The notes under the pieces: generated by a model | Database searches by the model: none | Seen by the model: only the letters and a program-made list of their open reading frames with translations | Told to the model about the DNA's origin: nothing | Translations under genes and position numbers: made by a program | Shown here: positions 27,415-37,680 of the stretch, piece by piece | Numbering within the stretch: position 1 is the stretch's first letter | How the letters are laid out: the number at the start of each line of letters is the position of its first letter | DNA from: a bacterium | GTDB taxonomy: Bacteria > SAR324 > NAC60-12 | Direction of reading: 5' to 3' | Assembly (NCBI GenBank): GCA_965233585.1 | Contig: CBDDTI010000746.1 | Location: 480,001 to 544,000, forward strand | Length of the DNA stretch: 64,000 nucleotides

Positions 27415-29064
27415 TCACTGCCTCAAGCGATAGAGGACATCATTGAGCCTTTGAGAGAAATTTTCTGCATTGCGTATAAACTCTTGATGGTCACTGATAA
27501 TTTTTGCATTGAGCCTTGCTAGATTATTTCCCATTGTTTGAATGACGTTTTGAACTTCTTTTTGCATTTCTTGGTCTAGTGTCTGGATCGTAACTTCTAT
27601 TTTTTGATTGGTCTGTCTGACAATTTCTGTCATAGTTCGTTCCATCTGATTTAAATTTTGCTCATTGTGCCTTGAAATAGCTTGCATTGCTTGGTCAATC
27701 GTCTCTTTGACGCCTGCATTGATGGTTTCGCCAAGATTTGCAATTTGTTCAACATTCTTTGCAACAGAGTCTTTCAGTTCTCGGTTCATCGTTTGTTGAC
27801 TGGTCAAAGTGTCTTTCATCTCACTTGTGGTCATTTCAACAATGTTTGTCATCTCTTGTTTGAGCAGTTCTATATTTTGTTCATTGCGTTTTGAAATGTC
27901 TTGCATGGCTTCGCTAATCGTGTCTTTGACGCCTGCATTGATGGTTTTGCCAAGCGTTGCAATTTGTTCAACATTCTTTGCAACAGAGTCTTTCAGTTGT
28001 TGGTTCATAGTTTGTTGTTGTGCAATCGTCTCTCCTAGTTTTGTGTTTTGCTCCTTTTGTAGTGTCATACTTTCTGAGGTTATTTTTGAAAAGTCATCAA
28101 AAGCGGTTTCAACTTTGCTTTGCCAGCCTTCAATCGTTTGCTGTAATTCATCACGAATGACAGGGATTGCCTCCACTGCATTTTGTTTGAGTTCTTCAAA
28201 AGCCTTGAGGTGTTGATTCAGCTCATCAGTTTGTGATTTAGCAATGTTTAACACGTCATTGAGTTTTTCCATAGATTCAGGGATTGCCTCACTACTTTTT
28301 TGAATGTCTTGGATTGCATTTTTAGTCGTTTCAATGCCTGTTTGTGCGTGTTCAAATTGTTGTGTCAAGACTTCCACATGTTCACGATACTTGTCTTGCC
28401 AAGCGACCAGTTCTTTGACTGCGGCATTGAGTTGTTTAAAATTCTCTCCAAACTGTTCATTGATTTTTTCATTGAAGTCTCTGATGACTTTTTCCAGTGC
28501 TTCTACAATCGCATCAACACTGTTTTTGCTGACTTCTTCTGCAAAGTTTTGAAATTCTCTGATGAGTGCTTTGTGATTGTCGTTAAAATCTGTTCTCAAC
28601 TTGGTCATTTCGGTTGTGAGAGATTTTTCACCATCTCCAATCAAGGCGGTTTGAAGTTCTTGAATTTGTTGGGTCAAGGTTTTGTCAGAGTTTCCTTGAA
28701 TGGCATGTAAAATTTTGTTGAGAGTTTGGTTTAAAAGTTCTGCAGGGGCTGCATCGTCAGTTTTTCTGGTGAAGACAAAAATCATTTTCAGCAACAACTT
28801 CAGAATCAGGCTGGCTGCCATTCCAGTGACGCTGGTTAAAAACGCTGTTTTCATTCCTGCCAGTAATTGAGGAACGCTGGTGTCAATGTCTTCTACATTA
28901 AAATTCCATAACCCATAAGCAATCCCTACAAACGTTCCCAAAATCCCAAGACTAATGAGAACAGCAGAGTTGTCTTTTCTTGAAACCAATGAAGTCAACC
29001 AGACTCCCAAAATCAGAATGCCAAAACCACCAGCAATCAACCATTCAGTACCACTTTCTAACAT
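27415..29064 (-). CDS. zorA: Zorya ZorA (MotA-like TM domain plus long helical tail)
   Basis: LGILGTFVGIAYGL and LLAGMKTAFLTSVTGM MotA/TolQ helices; DFNEKINEQFGENFKQLN; long coiled-coil tail. Confidence 0.88.
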   Translation of the reverse strand: MLESGTEWLIAGGFGILILGVWLTSLVSRKDNSAVLISLGILGTFVGIAYGLWNFNVEDIDTSVPQLLAGMKTAFLTSVTGMAASLILKLLLKMIFVFTRKTDDAAPAELLNQTLNKILHAIQGNSDKTLTQQIQELQTALIGDGEKSLTTEMTKLRTDFNDNHKALIREFQNFAEEVSKNSVDAIVEALEKVIRDFNEKINEQFGENFKQLNAAVKELVAWQDKYREHVEVLTQQFEHAQTGIETTKNAIQDIQKSSEAIPESMEKLNDVLNIAKSQTDELNQHLKAFEELKQNAVEAIPVIRDELQQTIEGWQSKVETAFDDFSKITSESMTLQKEQNTKLGETIAQQQTMNQQLKDSVAKNVEQIATLGKTINAGVKDTISEAMQDISKRNEQNIELLKQEMTNIVEMTTSEMKDTLTSQQTMNRELKDSVAKNVEQIANLGETINAGVKETIDQAMQAISRHNEQNLNQMERTMTEIVRQTNQKIEVTIQTLDQEMQKEVQNVIQTMGNNLARLNAKIISDHQEFIRNAENFSQRLNDVLYRLRQ

Positions 29065-29217
29065 AGTATTGACCTAAATCTAAAAGTTTAAAAATAAAAA
29101 TAAGAAAAATTAACAAAGTTGATCATGAAGTTCTTCAATAGACAAAATGAGAGTGAAGGTCTAGCTCTTTGGCTAGACTTCAAGTTCCAAAACAAAAGTA
29201 AAAGTAAAGTCCAAGCA

Positions 29218-30306
29218 TCACCACAGCAACTGACTGATGCCAAGAGTTGTGGCAATGAGCAGTCCGTAAATGACCCACTGGAAGTAGCGTTGAAAGGATT
29301 GACTAGGAGGCAAGAGCAGTTTGGCAGGGATTGCAAAGGATTTTGTCCAGTGTTCTACTTCATCAGCGAGTAAGCTGATGAATTGAGGGTGTGTTTCAAT
29401 CGGGGCAGTTCTGAACGGGTTGATGCCTTGTTCACGTGCCATTTCAAAATAAGTTTCGTCAAGTTCTACTAGGGTTTCTAAATGGTCATTAACAAAGCTG
29501 ATGGGAATGACCAAGACATTTGGAATGCCTTCTTTGGCAAGGTCAGAGATGGCGTCGTCAGTAGCAGGAGTCAGCCATTGGGCAGGTCCAACTTTGCTTT
29601 GAAAGGACAGCTCAAAACGCCATGCAGGAAGCCGAAGCTGCAACTGTTTGATGGTTGCCAAAAGCTCCACTTGATAAGGGTCTCCATCGTCAACATAACT
29701 TTGGGGCAGACCATGGGCAGAACACAAAATCACCGTGTCTGAAGGGTCTAGTTTGTTCTGCTGAATGGATTGTTCCACCAAGTCTTGCAGAGTTTGCACA
29801 TATTTGGGGCTTTCAGGGTAAGAACGGACACATGACACCTCCCCTTGATAATTGAATTTTTTGAGTTCTTGTAGCATCTGCTCTACTGATGATCCTGTGG
29901 TGGCATAGCAAAAATGGGGATACATGGGTAGCAACAGCAGTTTTTCAATTCCGTCCTCCAAAATTTGCTGGGCTGTTTGTGCCGCATGACCTCTGACGTA
30001 GCGATAGGCATCGTAAACCTTGATAGAGAAATTGCGTTGTTGGAGTTCCTGTTGCAATGCTGCATTTTGTTTGGCAGAGGATTCAAGAATGGGAGACTTC
30101 CCGCCCATGTTTTGATATTCAGGGGCAACTTTTTTGGCACGAAGGCGTCCAATCGTTCCCATTAAAAGATTTTGTGCAACATGAGGGACAGGCAGTTGAA
30201 TGGCATTAGGGTCTGTCAAGATTTCTTGTAAGAAAGGAGACACTTCTTGCAAAGAAGCAGGACCTCCAAAATTGAGCATGACCACTCCAAGAGTTTGTGA
30301 AGACAT
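29218..30306 (-). CDS. hemH: Ferrochelatase
   Basis: LNFGGP, GGKSPI, PMYPHF, SAHGLP, FQSKVGP..WL.P, DHLETL.ELD. Confidence 0.95.
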   Translation of the reverse strand: MSSQTLGVVMLNFGGPASLQEVSPFLQEILTDPNAIQLPVPHVAQNLLMGTIGRLRAKKVAPEYQNMGGKSPILESSAKQNAALQQELQQRNFSIKVYDAYRYVRGHAAQTAQQILEDGIEKLLLLPMYPHFCYATTGSSVEQMLQELKKFNYQGEVSCVRSYPESPKYVQTLQDLVEQSIQQNKLDPSDTVILCSAHGLPQSYVDDGDPYQVELLATIKQLQLRLPAWRFELSFQSKVGPAQWLTPATDDAISDLAKEGIPNVLVIPISFVNDHLETLVELDETYFEMAREQGINPFRTAPIETHPQFISLLADEVEHWTKSFAIPAKLLLPPSQSFQRYFQWVIYGLLIATTLGISQLLW

Positions 30307-30349
30307 TTTGAGTAATTTTGCTAAAAAATTATGAAAGAAAGTTTATTTT

Positions 30350-33300
30350 CTAAGAGACTTTTTGAATCTGTATTTGACATGTCAAGTCATTAATTTGAAT
30401 TTCATGGACTTGGATTTCATGGCTTTGAGATTTTTGATTGGTATCAAGAAAACTTTCAACAGACAAGGCAAGCGTTTCTTGTTGAATGAAGTCTTGATGA
30501 TTTTGGATTGCCTCGGTCAAGGTGTGAGCTGTTTGGTAGAAGAGATGAATGCGGTCTGCAATCTCTAAGTTCTGCTCTTTCCTGACATTTTGGACAGCAT
30601 GGACAAACTCACGGGCAAGACCTTCTTGGACTAAACTTTGGTCAAGATGTGTTTCAAGAGCGACAGTCAGGTTGTTTTCTGTCAAGACGACGACCCCCTC
30701 TTTTTCGTTCCGTTGAATGATGGCATCATCAGCCGTGATTTGATAAGGTTCGCCTTCCAAATCAAGTGTGATGGCATGCCCTTCATAGAGTTGCAACACC
30801 ATGTCATCAGGCAATGACTTCATTTGATTGCTAATCAATCCCATCTTTTTTCCCACCTTAGGTCCGAGTTTTTTAAAATCGGGTTTGGCTGTTAAGTTCA
30901 CCAGTCCAAACTCATCACGTGAAAGCTCAACTTGTTTGACATTGAGTTCTTGGGCAATGGTGTCTTTCATCTTTTCAAGCGATTCTTTCGCCTGACTTTG
31001 ACGTGTGATGAGTGTGATTTTGGCAAGGGGTTGTCTGACTTTCAACTGATGTTTAGCTCTTAACGACCGCCCTAAACGGACAGCCAAAAGCGTCCATTCC
31101 ATACGTTCTTCTAACTCCAGATTGACATATTTTGCTTGAGCTACAGGAAATGCGTCTAAATGCACACTTTCAGGAGACGCCTCAAGCCTCAAAGATTGAT
31201 AGATGCCTTCTGCCATAAATGGAGCAAATGGAGCAATCAACTTGGAAAACTCAAACAAGACGTGATGCAACGTTTGATAGGCTTGTTGCTTGTCTTGACC
31301 TTGGTCGCTTTTCCAAAAACGTCTTCTGGAACGTCTGATATACCAGTTTGTTAACAGGTCAATAAATGCCACAAGAGGCGTGATAGATTCAGATAACTTG
31401 TATTGTTCCATGTGCAAATGGACATGTTGAATCAAGCCTTGTAATTTGGAAAGAATCCAGCAATCTAAAAGATTGTCTGACAATGGATTGGATTCAATCG
31501 CTTCAGGTTGCCAGTTGTCAATTTCAGCATAAGTTGTCAAGAAAGACACAGCATTCCACAAGGGAATCAAAATTCCCCGCATGGTGTCTATCAACCCTCG
31601 TTCTGAAAATCGCAGTTCTTCAGCTTGCACTGCTGCAGAATTGAGAAGATATAAACGCACAGCATCAGCACCATATTTTTCAATCATTAAATCTGGATTG
31701 GGGTAATTTTTCAGCTGCTTACTCATCTTCTTACCATCTTCGGCAAGCAGCATTCCGCTGACAATGACATTTTTAAAAGCATGTTTGTCAAATAAACCTG
31801 TGGCAATGACGATGAGAGTATAAAACCAACCGCGGGTCTGGTCTAATCCTTCTGAAATAAAATCGGCAGGGAAGTTTGAGTCAAATTTGTCTTTGTTTTC
31901 AAAAGGATAATGTTCTTGTGCATAAGGCATGGCTCCTGATTCAAACCAACAGTCCAAGACTTCAGGGATTCTTTTGTATGTTTTGCCGTCTCTTTCAAAA
32001 GTCAATTTGTCCACAAAATGCTTGTGTAAATCATTGACTTTTTGCCCTGTTGCTTGTTCCAGTTCTTCAATAGAGCCAAAGCAAATGTAGTCCCCTTCTT
32101 CAGAAGTCCAAATCGGCAAAGGCGTCCCCCAAAAGCGGTTGCGACTGATTGCCCAGTCTCTGGCATTTTCTAGCCATTTGCCAAAACGTCCTGTCTTGAT
32201 ACGTTCAGGTTGCCAGTTGATGGTCTGATTGTTTTGAATCAATTTTTCTTTGAGTGTTTCCACATTGACAAACCACGTGTCAATCGCCTTATACATCAAG
32301 GGAGTGTCGGTTCTCCAACAAAACGGGTAGCTATGATGCAAGGATTGATGAACAAAAACATTCCCTTGTGTTTTGAGTGTTTTGATGATGAGAGAGTCTG
32401 CCTCTTTAAAATGCTTGCCTGCAAAGTCTCCTGCCACTTTTAAAAAATAACCTTCTGAATTGATGGGGTCAAAAATCTTGATTCCTGCTTGCTGACAAAT
32501 CCGCAAGTCGTCTTCACCAAAGGCGGGGGCTTGATGCACAATTCCAGAGCCACTTTCATCGCTGACGTAGTCATCGCTTAAAAGACTCCATGCGTTGTCT
32601 CCACAATCAGCACCTGCAAAATCAAACAAACGCCGATAACGTTTTCCAACCAACTCTGACCCCTGATGAGTGCTGAGAATTTCAAAGGTGTCAGGTTGAA
32701 AATAGTCTGCAATACGGTTTTTGCTTAAATAATAAGTCGCTCCATCTTTGAGGCTTTTGACTTTGGCATATTGTAAACTTGCCCCCACACAAAGAGCCAA
32801 ATTAGAAGGCAGCGTCCAAGGGGTCGTTGTCCATGCAAGGAAAAAAGTGTCAGGTTCTCCATCAACTGCAAATCTGACAGTGAGTGAATGGTCTTGAGTG
32901 TCTTTGTAGTTCAGATTTGCCTCAAAGTTAGAAAGAGGACTTGAAAGCCTTGCAGAAAACGGCACAACCTTCAAACCTTTGTAGATTAAGCCTTGATTCC
33001 AAAGTTGTGCAAAAACCCACCAGACAGATTCCATGAAGGAAAGGTCTATCGTCTTGTAATCGTTGTCAAAATCCACCCAACGACCAATCCTTTCAATCGT
33101 TTCACGCCATTGAGAAGTATAACGAAGCACGATTTTTCGGCATTCTTCATTAAATTTTTCAATACCAAATGCCTCAATGTCTGGTCTGCCATTGAGCTTG
33201 AGCATTTTTTCAATTTCAGCTTCCACAGGCAAACCGTGACAATCCCAGCCAAAGCGTCTTTCAACACGTTTGCCTTGCATGGTTTGGTAACGTGGAATGG

Positions 33301-33496
33301 CATCTTTGATGATACTTGCCAGCAAATGCCCATAGTGAGGCAAACCTGTCGCAAATGGAGGTCCGTCATAAAAAACAAAGGCATTGGATTGGGGCTTTTG
33401 CTCAATGGATTTTTCAAAGATTTGTCGGTCTTTCCAAAACTTCAAAACATTGAGTTCTTGTTCAGACAAAGACAGTTTGTTAGAGATTTTTTTCAT
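30350..33496 (-). CDS. ileS: Isoleucine--tRNA ligase (IleRS type 2-like)
   Basis: DGPPFATGLPHYGH, GWDCHGLP, WTTTPWTLPSN, EGLDQTRGWFY, KMSK. Confidence 0.97.
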   Translation of the reverse strand: MKKISNKLSLSEQELNVLKFWKDRQIFEKSIEQKPQSNAFVFYDGPPFATGLPHYGHLLASIIKDAIPRYQTMQGKRVERRFGWDCHGLPVEAEIEKMLKLNGRPDIEAFGIEKFNEECRKIVLRYTSQWRETIERIGRWVDFDNDYKTIDLSFMESVWWVFAQLWNQGLIYKGLKVVPFSARLSSPLSNFEANLNYKDTQDHSLTVRFAVDGEPDTFFLAWTTTPWTLPSNLALCVGASLQYAKVKSLKDGATYYLSKNRIADYFQPDTFEILSTHQGSELVGKRYRRLFDFAGADCGDNAWSLLSDDYVSDESGSGIVHQAPAFGEDDLRICQQAGIKIFDPINSEGYFLKVAGDFAGKHFKEADSLIIKTLKTQGNVFVHQSLHHSYPFCWRTDTPLMYKAIDTWFVNVETLKEKLIQNNQTINWQPERIKTGRFGKWLENARDWAISRNRFWGTPLPIWTSEEGDYICFGSIEELEQATGQKVNDLHKHFVDKLTFERDGKTYKRIPEVLDCWFESGAMPYAQEHYPFENKDKFDSNFPADFISEGLDQTRGWFYTLIVIATGLFDKHAFKNVIVSGMLLAEDGKKMSKQLKNYPNPDLMIEKYGADAVRLYLLNSAAVQAEELRFSERGLIDTMRGILIPLWNAVSFLTTYAEIDNWQPEAIESNPLSDNLLDCWILSKLQGLIQHVHLHMEQYKLSESITPLVAFIDLLTNWYIRRSRRRFWKSDQGQDKQQAYQTLHHVLFEFSKLIAPFAPFMAEGIYQSLRLEASPESVHLDAFPVAQAKYVNLELEERMEWTLLAVRLGRSLRAKHQLKVRQPLAKITLITRQSQAKESLEKMKDTIAQELNVKQVELSRDEFGLVNLTAKPDFKKLGPKVGKKMGLISNQMKSLPDDMVLQLYEGHAITLDLEGEPYQITADDAIIQRNEKEGVVVLTENNLTVALETHLDQSLVQEGLAREFVHAVQNVRKEQNLEIADRIHLFYQTAHTLTEAIQNHQDFIQQETLALSVESFLDTNQKSQSHEIQVHEIQINDLTCQIQIQKVS

Positions 33497-33680
33497 AATT
33501 CAATGATGGAATGGAGTTTTAAGATATTAGATGACTCTCACCAACTTTTTGGGGTCAAAAGATTTGAGAAGAGAATGATTTAAATCATGGTTTGATAGAT
33601 TGGAGTTACTGGTGTTTGAATGCGGATTTCGCCGTAAGCTATGGAATGCTTTGCATCATAGCATCTTTGGCTTGCTAAAT

Positions 33681-36008
33681 TCAATGGGACTCTGTTGTGA
33701 TGGTGTTTGAGAAGATTCCAAAAATGCCTCCTGTTTTTTGAGGGGACTGGTTGCCATATTCAATCATAATGCTTAAATTTTGACCCCCGTGATATTCATT
33801 GCCTGAACTTTTAGGTGCTGGGTCAAAAGGCAGGCTGTACGTGTCTTCTCCCTGAAAGTCTTCAAACCATGCAAATCCATTTTGCGATGCCGCACCTTGA
33901 GACAGTTGCCCTTTTGAAAGGTAACGATCATTGCCTCCATAATCTAAAAGCATGGCAGCGCTTAAATCCCACGACATCGCTTGACCTGCAGAAATTTTGA
34001 CACGATATTGGTCATCTCCTCCTTCTTCAATGAGAACTCCTAATGCAGAATGAGCAGAAAATCCTTGGGCGTAACGTTCGCCCAGATAAAAATCTTGCTC
34101 TTCTCCTGCATTGTGCAAAAGTCCCATTGCAAAAAAATAACCGCCTCCTTGCGAGAAATTCCCTGCCTCAAAAGTATCCTTGCCCGCACCATCAAACAAC
34201 ACACCAAACCCACCTGAAGCATAGCCACGCAATCCCAGACCAAAGCCTTGAGATGCACCACGAAATGCACCCTCTCTGCCATAACTACTTGCCCATTTGC
34301 CTGATGCAAAATACTCATCATCTCCTGCACAATCAACCAAAGCCCCAACGGCTTGGACTGTCCCAACTCCCTGCGCTAGATAATGTGAACGAAATCGGTC
34401 ATCTCCCGCTTGATCCCAAAGAATTGCAATGGCGCCAAAACCTGAGGCTTGAGCAAATTCTTCTGATGTAAAATCATCATCTCCTGCCAAATCAATCAAA
34501 AGCCCCCCGCCTAAAATGGCACTGCCTTGTGCAAGATGGGTCGCACGATAGCGGTCATTCCCTGACAAATCAATCAGAAGTCCAAGCCCAAGCAAGGCAG
34601 ACCCTTGTGCAATTCCTGAAGTGGCTGAATACTCATCATCTCCTGCCAAGTCAATCAGCAAAGCGATGCTGTCACTTCTTGCAGACCCTGCATTGTTCAT
34701 GTAAAGGTCGTTGCCTCCTAAATCAATCAAAATGGCAATATCCTGTTCATAATGTGAATCTTGCGAGCTTCCAATCACAAGGCGTCCAAAGGCAGTTTGG
34801 CGGTCAAGCAATACAGCATTTTCTTGATTTTGTTGTGCCTCCCATTGCTTTAAAACACTTTGAAGTTGCCCAAGCCATTGTTGATGAGTCAACTGACTCA
34901 ACGTTTGTTGGGCAGAAAAAAGCCGTGCAAAGTCTATCTTTTTCATCAAATTGAGAACATGATGAAATTCTTCTGAAGACTTGGGATTCAGGAAAAAACT
35001 GTCATTCAACGACTGAACAAGCAAGGGGGCATACTGTTTTAAAAACAGGCGTTCTTTGAGAGAAAGCTGAGAGAATGCTAAATCTTTGAGTTTGGTAGCA
35101 TCTTCTACAATTTTCAGGAGGTAGGTCAAATGCTCTTCCATCTGGTCAGACTGAGGGGGAAGACTTGCTTTGAATTTGGGGAGGGGTGCGTCAAGCAATC
35201 TGGCAAAGTTCCCTATCAGTTCTGGAAGAGATGCGTTGTGATTGCAGTTTGGGATATTGAATTGATTGGCAAGTGATTTGAGCTTGGTTGGGTCACGATG
35301 TGCAAGAGAAATCGCACTTAGGCGAAAGTCATCAGGCGAGGCTTCGTCATCTTTGAAACGTTGCAGTAAATCATCATAAGCGTTTTGAGCTTCTTTGATG
35401 TTCAGAAACTGGTTTAATTTTTTTTGAATGGTGGCATCAGATTTTAGCCAAAAAAGTTTTTTAGTTTTTTTAGTTTTTTTCAGAAAACGTCCTTTTAAAA
35501 CTGGGGTGATTTGGAAAGTCTGGGCTTGTGTGCGGATAGTCCATTCTTGATTTTTTTGAAGGTGAAAGCCTTCAAGCTGTTGAACCAATTCATCAGTGTT
35601 GACAGGCGTCCAATCTTCTTGATTTTTACGAACTAAGGTGGTTTGTCTGACGACCTCCAATTTTAAGCGATGCCCGATGGGCTTTGACTTCACGTATTGA
35701 CTGAAAGCAGAAGACATTTCATCAAATTGCAATTTGTCAAAATGGATTCCATCATAAGACACAATGAAATCATTGACTTGCAACCCTGCTTGTTCTGCTG
35801 ACGTTCCCGGTAAGACTGTATTGATTTTGAGGGCATGTTGTTTGGGTTGAACCTGTAAAGACTCCGTTTTCACTGCCTCAAAAGACACCCCTAAAAAAGC
35901 ATGTTGTGAAGGCATGTTGTCATCATCAGGGGCAAGGGAAGGCAAAGGGTTTTGATGAGGTTTGCAGGAGATGAGAAACGCAAAGATGATGAAAGACAAG
36001 CATCTCAT
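33681..36008 (-). CDS. Putative lipoprotein with PDZ domain and C-terminal Gly/Asp-rich (LIDLxGDDxY) repeats
   Basis: LISC lipobox; FLGV...PGTSAEQAGLQVNDFI PDZ motif; ATGA overlap with upstream gene. Confidence 0.7.
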   Translation of the reverse strand: MRCLSFIIFAFLISCKPHQNPLPSLAPDDDNMPSQHAFLGVSFEAVKTESLQVQPKQHALKINTVLPGTSAEQAGLQVNDFIVSYDGIHFDKLQFDEMSSAFSQYVKSKPIGHRLKLEVVRQTTLVRKNQEDWTPVNTDELVQQLEGFHLQKNQEWTIRTQAQTFQITPVLKGRFLKKTKKTKKLFWLKSDATIQKKLNQFLNIKEAQNAYDDLLQRFKDDEASPDDFRLSAISLAHRDPTKLKSLANQFNIPNCNHNASLPELIGNFARLLDAPLPKFKASLPPQSDQMEEHLTYLLKIVEDATKLKDLAFSQLSLKERLFLKQYAPLLVQSLNDSFFLNPKSSEEFHHVLNLMKKIDFARLFSAQQTLSQLTHQQWLGQLQSVLKQWEAQQNQENAVLLDRQTAFGRLVIGSSQDSHYEQDIAILIDLGGNDLYMNNAGSARSDSIALLIDLAGDDEYSATSGIAQGSALLGLGLLIDLSGNDRYRATHLAQGSAILGGGLLIDLAGDDDFTSEEFAQASGFGAIAILWDQAGDDRFRSHYLAQGVGTVQAVGALVDCAGDDEYFASGKWASSYGREGAFRGASQGFGLGLRGYASGGFGVLFDGAGKDTFEAGNFSQGGGYFFAMGLLHNAGEEQDFYLGERYAQGFSAHSALGVLIEEGGDDQYRVKISAGQAMSWDLSAAMLLDYGGNDRYLSKGQLSQGAASQNGFAWFEDFQGEDTYSLPFDPAPKSSGNEYHGGQNLSIMIEYGNQSPQKTGGIFGIFSNTITTESH

Positions 36009-37057
36009 GGAACAGGTTTTTCTACTTTGACAATTCCACGAAGTAAGCGTCCAAGAATGTCTGCTCCTGTGATGATTCGTTTTTGGTCTGTCCCCCAATA
36101 TAAAATCAAATCACGGTCAATCACGTCATCTTCAGGGTGTTCAGAAACGACAGAAAGCTCACGCAATAAATCCCCAAAGCGAATGTTAGAGTTGCGAACA
36201 ATCAACGGACGGTGGCAATGGAAATAGGGATTAAACATGCCTTGATGATAAATCTGGTCTCTCAAAAAAGAATCTGCATCAAGTGCCATACAGGGTTGCC
36301 CTTGTTCCTCTACCAAAATAATCCATTTTCTGCCAGACCTTTGAATGCTTTGCAAAAATTCATCTTGTGGAGAGTCAAAGGACTCTGGAATGACTGGAAT
36401 CCCAAACTTGGTCTTGACTTGAACAATGCTGGAGGGGTCTATTTCTTCACCTTCTTGATGAATCTTTAAATCATCAAACTTTAAAAAATTTAATGCTCCA
36501 ACTCCCTCCACTTCTCCAATGTCAGAAGTTTTTGAGGTCATGTGTTTTTTAATCATCAAGCTAAAACTTTTTTCTTCTAGGTAAGCAGGTCTTTCACGAC
36601 CCAACCAAAAATCCAAAAATAATGCTGATGGTTTAGCGATGGGATAAAGCAAAATTTGATAGACTCGCACCAAAGGAGAGAACAATGACCCGATGTACAA
36701 AGAACGTCTTGAAAAATAGGCTTGGGGAATGATTTCTCCAAAAATGGTGATGCCTAATGTGGAAAGTAAAAACGCACTGACGCCTGAAAAAAGAGAGTCT
36801 AGCAGGATTGTAAGTAAGCAGTTGACAGAAACATTGCCCCAAAGCAGTGTAGTCAAAAGTAAGTGAGAGTCTTTGCGGAGTTCCAAAACCTTTTTGGCTC
36901 GGGTGTCTCCTGACTCTGCTTTGACTTCCAGATTAAGCCGTCCAAGACCAAACAACCCCAACGTTAATCCTGAAAAAACAGCAGATTGGACAAAACTTAA
37001 AACGATTCCTATCAATTTTAAAACGAAGAACGTGTCTCCATTTAGTTGTAGCATCAT
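36005..37057 (-). CDS. CNNM/DUF21 domain membrane protein
   Basis: SAVFSGLTLGLFGL, LLTTLLWGNV, FGEIIPQA. Confidence 0.85.
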   Translation of the reverse strand: MMLQLNGDTFFVLKLIGIVLSFVQSAVFSGLTLGLFGLGRLNLEVKAESGDTRAKKVLELRKDSHLLLTTLLWGNVSVNCLLTILLDSLFSGVSAFLLSTLGITIFGEIIPQAYFSRRSLYIGSLFSPLVRVYQILLYPIAKPSALFLDFWLGRERPAYLEEKSFSLMIKKHMTSKTSDIGEVEGVGALNFLKFDDLKIHQEGEEIDPSSIVQVKTKFGIPVIPESFDSPQDEFLQSIQRSGRKWIILVEEQGQPCMALDADSFLRDQIYHQGMFNPYFHCHRPLIVRNSNIRFGDLLRELSVVSEHPEDDVIDRDLILYWGTDQKRIITGADILGRLLRGIVKVEKPVP

Positions 37058-37268
37058 GTGCGGTCAAAGATGGCAAAAGTCAGAGATTGTAACATGAATT
37101 TACAGGATATTCAGGTTAAAAAATTGAACATGGTTAGCTAAATCTAGTCTTTTGCCTGAAAGACTTTGATTGACTTGTTGACAGGGAACAAGGTTTGAAA
37201 AAAAACAAAAAGAAAGCTGAAAAATCGGAATGCTTCCAAAATCAGGTTAAAAATTGTCAAAAAAGGAC

Positions 37269-37298
37269 TTGACAAATTTTTGACGTTTCAATTAGAAT
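37269..37298 (+). promoter_or_regulatory. Sigma70-like promoter upstream of the Cys-rich leader
   Basis: TTGACA-18 bp-TAGAAT. Confidence 0.5.
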
Positions 37299-37353
37299 GT
37301 TCACTTTTTGAATTTTTCGCTAATCGCTAAAATATCTAACACAGAGTTCCCCA

Positions 37354-37440
37354 ATGAGTGACTTGATTTTACTGTCCTTTGGTATGTCATCATCTCAACC
37401 CCTTCCTTCTGACTTCTGTTGTTGCTGTTGTTGCAGCTAA
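37354..37440 (+). CDS. Putative polycysteine leader peptide (alternative start 37384)
   Basis: MSDLILLSFGMSSSQPLPSDFCCCCCCS*; codons TGT TGT TGC TGT TGT TGC just before the stop; upstream of rhodanese/YeeE genes. Confidence 0.7.
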   Translation: MSDLILLSFGMSSSQPLPSDFCCCCCCS

Positions 37441-37522
37441 CATCTTCTTCTTTCAAAAAGAGTTTCTTCTGTTAGGAACTCCAAATAATCAATCTCGTAC
37501 ATCTTGATTTATTTCAAAAACG

Positions 37523-37565
37523 ATTGAGAGAACCGTTTGTTCTTGAATGGCTTGTCTCAATTTTT
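37523..37565 (+). terminator. Candidate attenuator/terminator hairpin
   Basis: attgaga..ccgtt / aatgg..tctcaat imperfect stem followed by a short T run. Confidence 0.4.
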
Positions 37566-37589
37566 AGGCTTTTTTCACAAAGCCAACCG

Positions 37590-37680
37590 ACTGGGAAATG
37601 TGGTTGTTTCCCAGTTGATTTGATTCACTATCATTAATAAAAGGAGAAAAAATGATAAAAAAATTCATACAACCAGCTTT
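37590..37680 (+). repeat. Shared leader cassette copy 1 (hairpin + RBS + signal-peptide start)
   Basis: actgggaaatgtggttgtttcccagt...ctatcatt...aaaaggagaaaaaatgataaaaaaattcatacaa; also at about 43283 and 44178. Confidence 0.85.

Noticed and set aside
26464..29064. Flagellar motAB or exbBD
   Set aside because: The long helical tail on the MotA-like protein and the adjacent HNH gene fit Zorya; no flagellar or tonB genes nearby.
30350..33496. IleRS2 as an acquired mupirocin-resistance gene
   Set aside because: It sits in a housekeeping context next to hemH with no mobility signs; type 2 IleRS is the normal enzyme in many lineages.
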